24,524 nt of DNA from Trichinella spiralis. Its lineage: Eukaryota. The DNA lies in the NCBI RefSeq assembly GCF_000181795.1, contig NW_003526941.1:4155637-4180160 (forward strand), given 5' to 3'. The position numbers and the translations under genes are program-made. This document shows, piece by piece, positions 9,537-19,878 of the stretch (positions are counted from its first letter, which is position 1; every line of letters starts with the position of its first letter). The notes below the pieces were generated by a model. That model had not been told where the DNA came from, did not search any database, and saw only the letters and a list, made by a program, of their open reading frames with translations.

Positions 9537-11866
9537 TATAAAGAAAATTGATTCGCAAGTCACTGATAAGAAGGTTATGAGGCCAATCAGGGAAAAGCAA
9601 GTGCCGAATCCACGGTCACTTTGTCATTTGAGTGATTTTCCATTAACTGGTGCGGTGCGTGACAAGAGTGCGAGTGAAAGAAACAGCATCAAGGTAAAAA
9701 AATTAATAATATAACATTTTTCTGGTATTTTTTATGAGTGCATGTACATTTAATTATTTAAGCATTTGTTGGTTTCAATAAGCACAAAAATTGAAAAACT
9801 TGTAAAACAAAATTTTCTATTATATATAAAGTCTAACGTAGAAGAGCAGTTTCAAAAAACAGATAATCTTATTTTTCATTCCATTTATCAATTTTCACAA
9901 GCTTTTGGCATTGAATTTCATTCTGAACAGAACAGGTCGAATACCTCTGAGCTGCTCGCATTTTCTGTTGAGCAACACAGCAAAATACCGTTTGTCATAC
10001 AGAAATTATTAAATTCTATTATCGCTTTGCATTATATTTTCAAATTTAGCTTATCACAGGCATTGCGCAAATCATATTTTTGTCTTTTACTGTACTAATA
10101 TTTTCATGAAAAGATTTTTGCCATAAAATCTATTTATGTAGTCTGTTTCGAATTTTCAAATCTCAAATTCCTTTATGCGTAGGTGTGTTTTGTCTAAGTC
10201 AATGTTTTTGTTATGGCATTTTTTGTCGGATAGTTTATATTTTTACTGAATTGTAAACGTTAAGGTCATTTCAGAATTTTCATGTAGTTCTCATTAGTAG
10301 AATGTACCAGTGCATTTCTTCTGTTCGTATTAAATTTCGGTGCAGGTCACAATTTATCTTCACCAAAAGTAGTAATACACTAAAAACCGGTTTATAGCGC
10401 AACACTATGCAAATAACGATTTCTATAAAGGTGCCGTGTAATCAGTAAGGGTGTTATTTTTCCTTTCACTTACGTGGCAATTGGTAGCGTTGAGAAACGT
10501 TCTCTGAGTTCATTGTGGCGTTGAGTTGCCGCTGAATTCTCTTCCTGAATTATTGAAAAAATATTCCATTTTTCTACGTGTGTCAGAAATTTTAGATAAT
10601 TAACTTTTAATTGAAAAGATGTTACTTCTTACATTTGTTGTAACTCTACTTTGTGATAATGTGAGAATAGTTTTGATTTAATATCATTTTTGCAGGTAAA
10701 ATTAATGAATCTAAGAAAAAAATGAAAGTGCGGATAACACGAAGCAGAACAAGAGACGCCCAGAGGTAAATGCGATTTCTTGTGTGTGATGATTCTGTGA
10801 GACGGCTTAGTATAATTAGAAAGTGTGAAGGTATTCCTTAGTTTATTTGAATAATTTAAGTTTGTAATATATAATACATAAATAAGATGTTTTTCACTGT
10901 AAAACTGTACATTTGGTTTTTCATATTATGTTACGATTTGGTTAGAGCATTTGGTTAGATTTGATTTCGTTTGGTTAGTTTTGGCAAAGCAGCAAAATAA
11001 TTTTCTTGTTATGGTGGTTTTCTACAGGTAGTTTATATTTTGACTGAATTTGAAATACCAAGGTCATTTCTGAATTTTTGAATAGTGAATTAACTGTGCA
11101 TTTGAACTTTTTCTCTAAGCAAATTGAAATGAATTCCATTTAATATTGCGCATTTGATGTATTAACGGTTCGCTTTGCATTAATTTTCAATGTTCCTGAT
11201 TTCTCAGCGTTTGGTTAGAATTACTTCCTCATCTTGAAAGTTTTCCAATCCACTAAAACTGATTTCTAGCGCTGCATTATGCAAATAACGATCAATAGAA
11301 AATTGCATTATCATCAGTGACTATGAACTTGTCTGTTTAACTTACGTGGCAAGTGGCAAAGTTGTCAAACGTTCTCTTTTTCTGTTTTGTCGTTAAGTAA
11401 TTCCATTTTAATCCATGTTACTATTTCTTGAAAGTGTATGTTCAATCATATTATGCTAGCGGTATCTTTAACTACAAATGATTTATTTCATCTATTCAAA
11501 AATGCTTTGCTCAGTATTTCAATTTTGCTAAGTGATAAAACGAGAAAATCTTAGATACAACATTTACTATTCTTGCAGATACGACAAATGAAGAAACGAA
11601 AAAGTGGAAAAAGGACGACACGCAGCAAATAGGGCACTAATCGACACAGAAAAAGAAAAGACAAAAGGTAAATGCGCTCCGCATGTATACAAATTTTTTA
11701 CCTCTTTGCTAAGGACAAAACGAATGCGCGAAGTTATTCTTCCTCTACTTTTCCATCCATTATAGTAAACCACCTTTCATCTCAGGTTATAAGAAAATCC
11801 TTCAACTCTGTATATAGAGGATATCCCTTAGCTACGCAAACAGCCACCCTCCACAACCGTACTTAA
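9537..11866 (+). pseudogene. Decayed multi-exon gene remnant of an unknown family; exon-like segments ~9537-9693, 10183-10264, 10696-10765, 11579-11667, 11786 onward
   Basis: Segments bounded by AG|...|GT signals (TTTTTGCAG|10696, AG|GTAAATG at 10765 and 11667, CATCTCAG|11786). The first is open (IKKIDSQVTDKKVMRPIREKQVPNPRSLCHLSDFPLTGAVRDKSASERNSIK); the later ones carry stops or frameshifts. Confidence 0.45.
10200..11680 (+). repeat. Old diverged tandem duplication (~0.8-0.9 kb unit): ~10200-10780 vs ~11000-11680
   Basis: Shared blocks: TGTTATGG...TAGTTTATATTTT.ACTGAATT...AAGGTCATTTC.GAATTTT (10209, 11007); ATGCAAATAACGAT and ACTTACGTGGCAA (10378-10505, 11251-11377); paralogous small exons ending AG|GTAAATGCG. 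Confidence 0.8.
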
Positions 11867-13181
11867 TTGTATACCCACTCGCCAGCGATTCTCCACTCAT
11901 TCAGAATATTATAACCTCCACCACCTGTTCAGAGTAGTAAACCCGTACGTCACGCCTATCACCATAAATTCAGAGAGGTATATTAACCCGCCACTGCTCC
12001 AGCACGGATTCAGAATGGTAGACACGATCGCCACCCCTCCACTAACATATCGTTGTACCATACCCTCCCAGCATTAGCCCAGCACCCATTAAAATTCGTT
12101 TACCTGCCAGCCACGAACTCCACAAATTATTCAGAGTGCTGTAACTCCGGTCAGCCCATTCACTATCTATTCACACTCATGCCCCTTTCTACCACTCCAT
12201 CTACCACTCAGTAATAGTGGTACACCCGACCCACACCCCTGGAGTACCAATTCACTGTTGTGCAACTACACACCACATATCCACCGCACAGTCAATGTAG
12301 AATCCCCGTCTATACTCGTCCACCTATACTTGCCTTCTCCCAATTCCATCACCTATCAATTGTTGTATACCCGAAAAACACTCATCCCACAATTCATTTC
12401 TACTAGTATCCCCAGCCTGTTGATCCAACAAACATTCTCAATGATGTACGTTCTTACCAGTGCTTCTATTACTCGCTAATAACGGTATGACATCGCCGCA
12501 CCCCTGCAGCACTAATTCAGTGTTGCATACCTGCTCACCATACTTCCACCGCCTAATCACAGTTTGAACCCCGCCCACTATCCCTCCACCTCCTACCTAG
12601 TGTTGTAAAGCCCATCCCCTGCCCTTATACCAATCGTTGGGCCTTCTATGCCTGTCCTCCTCCAGTCCATAACTTACCAATTGTTATATACCCGCTGTCC
12701 ACTCCTTCAACAATACTTTCATTGTGTTATACGGTGTGGCCTCCCATCCTACATCTATTCCCAGTCATGCCTTTTCCTACTACTTCATCTAACATGCACT
12801 AGGAGTGGTGCACCTGACCCACAACCCTCCAGTAGCGATTCAGTGTTGAAGCCCTGCCCACAATATTCCCACCGTGTAATCAGAATGGAATCTCTGCCCA
12901 CTCCCCTCTAGTTGTTATACAGACTTGTGAATCCCACCGCCAATCCTTACGCCAAATACTCAGCCATCTATACCCGCCTTCTCCTGTCCATCACCTATTA
13001 ATTGTTGTATACCCGCAGACCACTGATTCCACAATGCATTTATAGTGGTATTCGACTAGTTTGCCCATCCAACACTCATTCTCAATGGTGTACCTTCTTG
13101 GCACTGCATCCATTACTTCCTAAAGGTGACATGCCCTCCCCACACCCCTCCAGTAGCAATTCAGGGTTCAAGCCCTGCATA

Positions 13182-13829
13182 GTACCGATTTCCCCGCTGA
13201 CTCCGTCTACTTTTTCGCAGTAAAATTTCATTGGTTGCTGCTCTGACGCGCGCCCCTAAATTTTATTTGTTGTCACTCCTCTGCATTTTATTTGTTAATC
13301 ATTATTTTATTCTATTTGTCAAATTTTATTTCATTCTATTTGTCAAATTTTATTTCATTCTATTTGTCAAGTTTTATTTCCAACCTTTTGACTATTTTAT
13401 AACAATTCTGTTGTTCTCAGATTGAGAAAAGTAAGAGAATGAAATTACGATGAGAAAACAGAAAAAATACAGATACAATGCAATGCAATGCAATACAGAT
13501 GAAATACAACCCTCCACTTGAATGGTCGCATTAACCTTTATCTTACTGAATTTTTATGCGTTAAGTTTATATTGTATTCAAAGTTTTTCTCATAATTTTC
13601 TAATCACTAGAACTGATTTCCCTCCCAAAGGGAACTTCTCAATCTGAGAACAACAGAATTATTATAAAATAGTCAAAAGGTTAGAAAAGATTTGACAAAT
13701 AGAATAAAATAATATTCGACAAATAAAATGCATAGGAGTGACAAATGAAATTTAGAGGCGCGCGTCAGAGCAGCAACCAATGAAATTTTACTGCGAAAAA
13801 GTAGGAGGAGTCAGAGGGGAAATGGGGTC
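13182..13829. mobile_element. Non-autonomous foldback/MITE-like element (~650 bp) with long terminal inverted repeats
   Basis: 13185-13428 is the reverse complement of ~13636-13827 (e.g. TTTTTCGCAGTAAAATTTCATTGGTTGCTGCTCTGACGCGCGCC vs GGCGCGCGTCAGAGCAGCAACCAATGAAATTTTACTGCGAAAAA). AT-rich ~200 bp spacer, no transposase ORF. TA lies at both apparent ends (13180-13181, 13830-13831), but the TSD is uncertain. Confidence 0.85.
13309..13380 (+). repeat. 24-bp tandem repeat x3 (ATTCTATTTGTCAAATTTTATTTC) in the left TIR
   Basis: Units at 13309, 13333 and 13357 (one mismatch in the third); about one unit in the right TIR. Confidence 0.95.
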
Positions 13830-15180
13830 TACCCCTGTTACTGAGACTTATGACCCTCACCGCCAATCCTTTCGCCAAATACTCAGCCACCTATTCCCCC
13901 CTTCTCCTGTCCATCACCTATTAATTGTTGTATACCCACAGACCACTGATCCCACAATGCATTTATAGTAGTATTCGACCAGCCTGCCCATAAACACTCA
14001 TTCTCAATGATGTACCTTCTTGGCACTGCATCCATTACTTCCTAAAGCCGACATGCCCTCCCCACATCTCTCCAGTAGCAATTCAAGGTTCAAGCCCTGG
14101 CCGCCATATTCTCACCGTACAGTCAGAATGGAATCCCTGCCTACTCCCCTCTAGTTGTTACTGAGATTTGTGAACCCCACCCCCAATCCGTACGCCAAAT
14201 ACTCAGCCATCTATACCCGCCTTCTCTCTGTCCATCACCTATTAATTGTTGTATACCCGCAGACCAGTATTTCCACAATGCATTTATGTGGTATAGGGCC
14301 GGGCTGCCTATCCAACACTATTTCAATGATGTACCTTCTTACCATAGCTTCCATTACTCTCTAAGAGCGGCATGCCCTTTACGCACCCCTCCAGCACACA
14401 TTCAGTGTTGCATGCCTGCTCAACATGCTTCCACGGCTTAGTGAGAGTTCAAACCCCGCTCCCTACCCATCCACCTCCTATTCAGTGTTGTGAAGCCCAT
14501 CCCCTATCCTTATACCAATTGTTGGGCCTTCTAAGTCTGTCCTCCCTCAGTCCATAACCTACCAATGGATATATACTTGCTGTCCACTCCTTCAAAAATA
14601 CTTTCATTGTGTTATACGGTCTGGCCACCCATCCTACATCTATTCCCAGTCATGCCTTTTCCTACTACTCCATCCAACACGCACTGGGAGTGGTGCAACT
14701 GACTCACAACCCTCCAGTAGCAATTGAGTGTTGAAGCCCTGCCCACCATATTCCCACCGTGTAATCAGAATGGAATCCCTGCCTACTCCCTTCTAGTTGT
14801 TCCTGAGACTTGTGAACCCCACCCCCAATCCTAACGCCAAATACTCAGCCATCTATACCCGCGTTCTCTTTGTCCATCTCCTATTAATTGTTGTATACGC
14901 ACAGACCACTGATCCCACAATGCATTTATAGTGGTATTTGACCAGCCTCCCTATCGAACACTCATTCTCAATGATGTACCTTCTTTTCACTGCATCCATT
15001 ACTTCCTAAAGGCGACATGCCCTCCCCAAAACCCTCCATTAGCAATTTAGGGTTCAAGCGCTGCCCACCATATTCCCATCGTGCAATCAGAATGGAATCC
15101 CCGCCCATTCTCCTCTAGTAATTACCGAGTGTTGTGAACCCCACCCGCATTCCTTACGCCAAATGCTCAGCCATCTATGC

Positions 15181-15970
15181 CATTGAAATGTTATTAGTAA
15201 TGAAAAATAACGAAATGTAAAGATAGATGATTGTCAAAGACTTATAAGTAGGTTATAATGCCATTCAGGCAAAGACGAATGCTGTATCCATTATCAATAT
15301 TTCATTTGAGTGATATTCAATTAACTGCTGCCGTTCATGACGAGTGGTAGTGAAAGAAACTGCATCAAGGTACGTGCTTAATATTGTAGGATATTTCTGG
15401 TATTTTTTATGAATGCATGTATATTGAAGAATTCAATCTTTTGTTGATTTTCATAAGAATAAAAGGGGAAAAACTTGTAAAAGAAAATTTTCTGTTATAT
15501 TTAAAGTGTGACGTAGAACAGTTTCAAAGAATAGATAATCTTGTTTGTTATTCCATTTTTCAATCTGCACTTGCTTTTGGCATTGAATTTTATTCTGAAC
15601 AGAACGGGTCGAATATCTCTAAGTCGGTTGCATTTTCTGTTGAGCAGCGCAGCAAAATGCTGTTTGTTATATAGATATTATTTTATTCTATTATTGCTTT
15701 ATATTTTGAAAATTTAGCTTGTTATTGGCAGTGCGCAAATTATATATTTGTTATCTTAATTTTCTCAGATGCACAGTTACTGTGCTAATATTTTCATGAA
15801 AAGATTTCTGCGATGAGATCTATTTATGTAGGTCAGTTTTTAATTTTTAAATATCAAATTCCTATATGCGTAGGTGTTTTTTTAAATTAGTGTTTTTGTT
15901 TTGCCATTTTTTGTCGGATAGTTTATATTTTTACTGAATACTAAACGTTAAGGTCATTTCTGAATTTTCG
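15181..15970 (+). repeat. Diverged paralogous copy of module ~9500-10280 (exon-like segment ending TGCATCAAG|GT at 15369, plus the following intron-like sequence)
   Basis: Colinear similarity, e.g. TCATTTGAGTGAT, AAAACTTGTAAAA, TTGGCATTGAATTT.ATTCTGAACAGAAC, TTTTTTGTCGGATAGTTTATATTTTTACTGAA. The exon-like part has indels and stops. Confidence 0.85.
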
Positions 15971-16050
15971 AAAGGTCTTCATTGGTTTGTCACTCAATCT
16001 GAATTGCTTCTTGAAATTAATACTTTTCTGCCTTCTTACAAGCCAGCATT

Positions 16051-16481
16051 TAATATAAAATGAGTATGCAGTTTATTTCTTGTATTTATATTATTTCTAG
16101 TATTTAAAATACGTTTAGTTAGAAAAATAAATGTTTCCGCAATGAGAAATACCGTTTGTTTGTCCGGCTACAATTAAACTTTCTCTCAAACAAAGTGCAT
16201 TATTTAAATAAACAAAGCGTAATTAAAAATTGGCAGATTGCAGTTATTGCTTTTTCTCTTTTCATACAAGTCGATATGTAATATAAAATGAATTAAAAAG
16301 CATTTTATTTCTTGTATTTATATTAATTGTAGTATTTGAAATAAGCTTAGTAATAAAGATGAAATTAATGTTTCTGCAATGAGAAGTGTTTTTGTGTTTC
16401 AACAATTTATGGCTACAGTTAAGTTTTCTCTCAAACAACGTGCATTAGTTAAGTAAATGAAGCGCAATGAAAATTGTGCAG
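16051..16481 (+). repeat. Diverged direct tandem duplication, ~228 bp period
   Basis: TAATATAAAATGA...TTTATTTCTTGTATTTATATTA...GCAATGAGAA...TTTCTCTCAAACAA.GTGCATTA at 16051-16236 and 16279-16481. Confidence 0.85.
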
Positions 16482-17086
16482 TAGTGATGTTTATCAGTAG
16501 CAATGAATAAAATAAAAATTTGCATGCGAGTTCATTTACTTTATTGATATACTGGAAATAATTTCAGCCTGACGCCTTCCGTGGATGGAAACAATGCGTT
16601 TTTAATGGAAAATTGATTGAAGACTAATATCAAACGCTAAACAATTTATTTGCTATATTTTCAATATTAGTTTTAGAATAATTTCTGAAAAATAATTTTT
16701 CAATCAACATCGAGAGCATAAACATCAACGATGGGAAGACGGCGCATTTGGCAGTAAGTGCAAGTTTTTCTACTTTAATGTCTTCATCACTCAACAAATA
16801 TTGCGCATAATTTCTCATATACTCTCTATGAATCAATAATCAATATGAGGGAATAGGGGACTTAATCAACGTCAAATTTTCTTACAATTAAGTTCGATTA
16901 AATAACACCTTGTTCACATTGTTTATCTATTATTAGATGGTCTTTCGAAATGGAATAACAATTTTCAGTAGCTAACACGCAAGTTCAACTAACTTAAACA
17001 AGCTTTTGCCAGAAAATTGCTCTCTTAAAATTAGCTTCATTTGAAGTATTTGGTTTTCTGATTTAAGAAAATTTTCAGTCTCACGC

Positions 17087-17213
17087 AGGTGTGTTTTGTC
17101 TAAGTCAATGTTTTTGTTATGGCATTTTTTGTCGGATAGTTTATATTTTTACTGAATTGTAAACGTTAAGGTCATTTCAGAATTTTCATGTAGTCTTCAT
17201 TAGTAGAATGTAC
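17087..17213 (+). repeat. 127-bp copy of 20523-20649 / 10181-10307, truncated by the gap
   Basis: Identical by eye to 20523-20649, sharing TAGTCTTCATTAG where copy 1 has TAGTTCTCATTAG. Confidence 0.9.
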
Positions 17214-17223
17214 NNNNNNNNNN
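17214..17223. other. Assembly gap (10 N)
   Basis: Run of N; the following ~200 nt has many single-base indels relative to copy 1. Confidence 0.99.
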
Positions 17224-17316
17224 AAATACTTCCTTTTCCTGAAGCATTGGTTACTTATTATCAAACACGATGCATACTGTATTTTCATCCAAACTGGTGT
17301 GTTGGATTATTTTCCG

Positions 17317-18850
17317 ATGGTAGTTTATAAGAAATTTATCAGATGTAAATAATTGAAATGCGCTTTTTTTTATTTAGGGATTTGTAAAAGTTGTTAAAAA
17401 CAAGGCATATTTCAAAACGTTATCAAGTGAAATTTCGACGACGAAGACGTAACGTTTCTGAAGTATTTTAACGTATTGCTTAAAATGATGTTTATTTAGA
17501 AGGAAAAACCGATTATCATGCTCGACGATATTTGGTAGTTCAAGATAAAAATAAGTATAACACTCCAAAATATAGATTGATCGTCAGAATTACTAACAAG
17601 GATATTGTTGCACAGGTAAAACATCTCTAAACACCATAAAAATACTTGAAATTTACGACGTAAAAATGTTTTTGTTAGATTGCGTACGCAAAAATTGGTG
17701 GAGATGTGGTTGTTACTGCAGCGTATTCTCATGAACTTCCGAAGTATGGCATTAAGCTGGGTTTGACGAACTATGCGGCTGCGTATTGTACCGGACTTTT
17801 GCTTGCTCGACGTGTGAGTAAAAATATTTTGTAATATTTTATGAATAATGGAATATTTTGTTCACTTAATAATGGACTCTAAAATAATTATTTGTATAAT
17901 TTCAGTTAGCTTTTATTATGTTGTCATACTGTATTTAGTGAGGTAATATTTTTTTAGTAAGCTTTATAATGACTCCTAGCTTTTTTGCAATTGCGTCTTT
18001 TTATTAGTTTTTCTAATTTGTTTACTAATTGTAGCATTTGAAAAAGTTGAAACTAGATAGAATATATAAAGGCGTTGATGACGTAACTGGTGAAGATTAC
18101 AATGTAGAAAGCGAGGAGGGAAAACCCGGAGCATTCCGTTGTTTTCTTGATGTTGGCTTAGCTCGAACTACTACAGGGGCACGGATTTTTGGTATAATGA
18201 AAGGAGCTCTTGATGGTGGTTTAGATATTCCTCATTCGTATGTTTTTATTTGTATTTTAATATTTAATAAATGTATTTGTGAGCTGAAAGCGTTTTTAAG
18301 GGATCGTCGTTTTCCTGGTTATGATGCTAGCGAGAAGAAGTATAATCCTGAAGTTCATAAGGAAAGAATCTATGGGCAGCATGTTGCGAATTACATGAAA
18401 GAACTGAAAGATGAGAATGAAGAAGCTTACCAACGTCAGTTTTCGGCCTACATTAAAGAAGGAATAACACCTGAACAGGTAATTACAGTATTATTTTTAA
18501 TTGTTCTTCTACGAAATTGCTTTTTGTTGTGCTTTTTAGATTCCAGAAATGTACAAAAGCGCTCATGCTGCTATTCGAGCTAATCCAGAGCATGTTCCAA
18601 AAGCGAAAGAACCATCTGTGAAAATTAAGAAACGACGGTATTATATATTTTTGTACAAAAAATATTTATTTCAATAATTTTTTATGAGATAATGCTCTTC
18701 AATTTGTAAAGTTGATTTTATTAAAAGCGATTATTTTATAGGTGGAACAAAAGGAAGCTGACTGCGAAGCAGCGAAAAGCAAAAATTAAGCAGAGGAAGA
18801 TAGCGTTTCAGCAGCAAGCTAAAGCTACAAAACAAAACATGGAGGAGTAA
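17317..18850 (+). CDS. RPL5: Second RPL5 copy; exons 17317-17319, 17378-17448, 17500-17615, 17679-17813, 18035-18237, 18301-18478, 18540-18637, 18742-18850; apparent +1 frameshift in exon 2
   Basis: Same exons as copy 1. The extra A in TTCAAAACGT (17414-17417) lies in the indel-rich ~200 nt next to the gap and is probably a read error. The other exonic differences I found are synonymous (18334 GAA>GAG, 18370 ATT>ATC). Confidence 0.85.
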
Positions 18851-19878
18851 TTTATGCTTTAGCTAAAGTAGAATGGAAAAATACTGAATAAAAATCATGG
18901 GTGATTTTGATTGTCTTTTGGTGAAACTTAATTGATGTACAGCCATTGAATAAAGGTTCTTATGTAAAATTTCAATAATGTAATAAATACGTTTACAGAT
19001 GATTTGCTTTTGTTAAACTATTATGAATTCATTGTTCAACACATTTCGAAAGTAATCATTTTTTAACATGAGCATAATAATCTGACAAAAGCAAAATGCG
19101 TCGAATTTTGATCGTGTCAGTGTCAAAAAAGCAATAATTTAAACGAATTTTCGGTATATGAAATAAAAATTGTTTAATAGTTAATTTTAATAATTAACTA
19201 TAATGTTTTAAATACAAAATAATTTTCGCGTGGGCAAAGGGCGCATGGTACACGTTTGAGCAATTCATGAGTATGAAGCTCTTTCTGATTGGTCGACTTT
19301 TGACATTCATATCAGTTAAATATTATCAAATTTTGAAAAGTTGAATAATTCAGGTAACAAAAGTAAATCAAAATGCTTATAAAAGTAAGAAAAAATAATA
19401 AATGTGCAATGCAATAAAATGATAAAGAAAGTCTGCCAAAAATGAGTTCTACGAAATGACAAATACGTCAGGAGGGAACTTCAAACATTAAAAGCGGTTT
19501 GAGAGTGAAGCTCAGTTCAGTTAGAAAAGGAAGAGTAAAAGATTCCGTACTGGCACAATGAGCTAATGAAAAATACATTGTTATATTCATGTTTTCAGAC
19601 CCGTGTCTTTCTGATTAAATTGATGTTCTATTCATAATTTAATATGAGTTAATTTATTTCATTTTTCGGTAATGCTAATAAAATAACCATACAAGTCTTC
19701 TTTAACATTTATTGCGCAATTGCATTAGATGCTTTTATCTTCTCAAAACAGAATCAAATGCACAGATAGAAAACAAGCAGCTAAAATATTGAAAACAGAA
19801 AAATTACTTTAAGATTAAGTTACAGTATATCGTAAAATAAAAACATTTAATTATTTTTAATAAATAAAAATACCGTAG

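Larger units (their letters stand above)
6882..12085 (+). repeat. Segmental duplication, copy 1 (RPL5 plus downstream module)
   Basis: Near-identical to 17224-22240 (offset 10344 in RPL5, 10155 at the 3' end). High identity stops abruptly after AGCCCAGCAC. Confidence 0.95.
11830..15180 (+). repeat. C-rich degenerate tandem array 1 (~40 bp subunit, ~320 bp unit, ~963 bp trimer), interrupted by a foldback element
   Basis: CTCAGCCA(T/C)CTAT recurs near 12958, 13881, 14201, 14843 and 15164; variant GTTGGGCCTTCTA at 12636 and 14521. An ATTCAG(A/T)GTTGT-like core recurs about every 40 bp. Confidence 0.9.

Noticed and set aside
9766..10098. 110-aa ORF, repeated at 20108-20440 and similar at 15417-15674
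   Set aside because: Non-ATG start, very AT-rich, and lies between a donor (9694) and an acceptor (10182), so it is intron-like. Similarity is explained by DNA-level duplication.
10786..10860. C-box-like GTGATGA
   Set aside because: No downstream CTGA D box or terminal stem; segment is deleted in copy 2.
10936..10980. TTTGGTTAG x3 as possible telomere-like repeat
   Set aside because: Not tandem, and does not match TTAGGC or TTAGG(G) arrays; a short local micro-duplication.
13231..13425. 64-aa ORF with FYFILFVK repeats
   Set aside because: Translation of the 24-bp tandem repeat within the TIR; not a transposase.
11830..15180. CRISPR-like array interpretation of the 40-bp periodicity
   Set aside because: Eukaryotic context, degenerate repeats, inter-core sequences are themselves homologous, and no cas genes.
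16630..16836. 68-aa minus-strand ORF (LLSDEDIKVEKLALTAKCAVFPS)
   Set aside because: Mildly protein-like, but non-ATG start, no recognisable family and no clear exon partners.
17414..17417. Calling RPL5 copy 2 a pseudogene from the exon-2 frameshift
   Set aside because: Homopolymer +1 within an indel-rich contig edge; the rest of the CDS shows only synonymous changes, so sequencing error is more likely.
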